DNA of 64,000 nt, taken from Thermofilaceae archaeon. Lineage in GTDB: Archaea > Thermoproteota > Thermoprotei > Thermofilales > Thermofilaceae. The DNA is taken from the NCBI GenBank assembly GCA_038861545.1, contig JAWCCZ010000006.1, forward strand, positions 5,093 through 69,092, read 5' to 3'. The position numbers were made by a program, and so were the translations under genes. The notes under the pieces were generated by a model that was not told the origin of the DNA, made no database searches, and worked only from the letters and a program-made list of their open reading frames with translations. This document shows positions 63,704-64,000 of this stretch, piece after piece (positions within the stretch are counted from its first letter, which is position 1; each line of letters starts with the position of its first letter).

Positions 63704-64000
63704 ATGGTTCAGAAAATAGTGTTTACAGCGTTTCTTGCATTTTCTCTACTGTACGTCACCGTTGCTTTTCCACAGCATGTAGTCATAGTCGAGTACGGGA
63801 TGAGCGGATGCCCCCATTGCGTTGAGCAGAAGGCTGTGCTTGAGGGTTTATGGGAGGAGGGTAAGCTTTACTTTGTTTACGTGGAATTAATGGGTAACGA
63901 GACAAATGCTCTCGAGTATGTAACTCTTTATGATATTCTTGGTTTATATGATCTTGAAGGGGATTATTATGTCCCGTTACTCGTGATAACAGTTGATGAC
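63704..64000 (+). CDS. tandem paralog of 62447..63634 (5' part, runs off the window)
   Basis: An N-terminal TM is followed by EYGMSGCPHCVEQKAVLEGLWEEGKLYFVYVELMGNETNALEY, identical to the upstream paralog over this stretch apart from two residues in the CxxC segment (CPHCVE versus CPYCVA). The frame is open to the window end. Confidence 0.7.
   Translation, partial: MVQKIVFTAFLAFSLLYVTVAFPQHVVIVEYGMSGCPHCVEQKAVLEGLWEEGKLYFVYVELMGNETNALEYVTLYDILGLYDLEGDYYVPLLVITVDD
63789..63918 (+). repeat. copy 2 of the 130-nt repeat (identical core 63836-63909)
   Basis: See copy 1. Confidence 0.9.

Noticed and set aside
1-64000. I looked for CRISPR arrays, rRNA, tRNA (T-arm GTTCRAATC with flanking stems), IS elements, transposases and integrases.
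   Set aside because: I found no regularly spaced direct repeats, no T-arm-like motif with a proper stem outside coding sequence, no rRNA-like segments, and no ORF with transposase or integrase motifs. tRNAscan or Infernal was not run, so a small RNA could have been missed.

Overview
This is a gene-dense archaeal chromosomal segment of crenarchaeal/Thermoproteota type. The supporting signs are class III signal peptides, an archaeal-type LeuRS, Thg1, a C2H2 zinc-finger protein, AT-rich TATA-like intergenic regions and many 4-nt ATGA gene overlaps. I support about 64 protein-coding genes, 3 decayed genes and 2 candidate C/D-box sRNAs. I saw no rRNA, tRNA, CRISPR array, transposase or integrase.

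Layout:
- 0.1-8.9 kb: a type IV pilus-like locus with two class III signal-peptide proteins, a FlaI/PilB-type ATPase, a membrane platform split into two T2SSF genes, and a divergent multi-zinc-ribbon protein. hypC, tmk and an M42 peptidase are interspersed.
- 8.9-21 kb: a V4R protein, hypD, a polar amino-acid ABC transporter, GalT, a UbiA-family prenyltransferase and leuS.
- 21-28 kb and 40-53 kb: a dispersed set of sugar/polyol-type redox genes. These are four Gfo/Idh/MocA oxidoreductases, two xylose-isomerase-like TIM barrels, an SDR, an AKR, a phosphotriesterase-like lactonase and two divergent URO-D-family paralogs.
- 28.3-38.6 kb: the most unusual part. It is an envelope cluster built around a 1540-aa protein that fuses a PA domain and an apparently catalytically dead M28 module to an orphan FtsX/MacB-type permease. 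Two ~650-aa polytopic membrane proteins and a repeat-containing anchored surface protein flank it.
- 53-59.4 kb: a DUF4430 operon and an ECF transporter (S-T-A-A), with two further solitary S-component-like genes in the window.
- 59.6-64 kb: YbaK-like, a dead DUF488 gene, SfsA, a radical SAM protein, and tandem Grx/Trx-fold::CcdA-like membrane paralogs that share a 74-nt perfectly identical block.

All functional calls come from motif recognition by eye. No database search, HMM or RNA folding was run.
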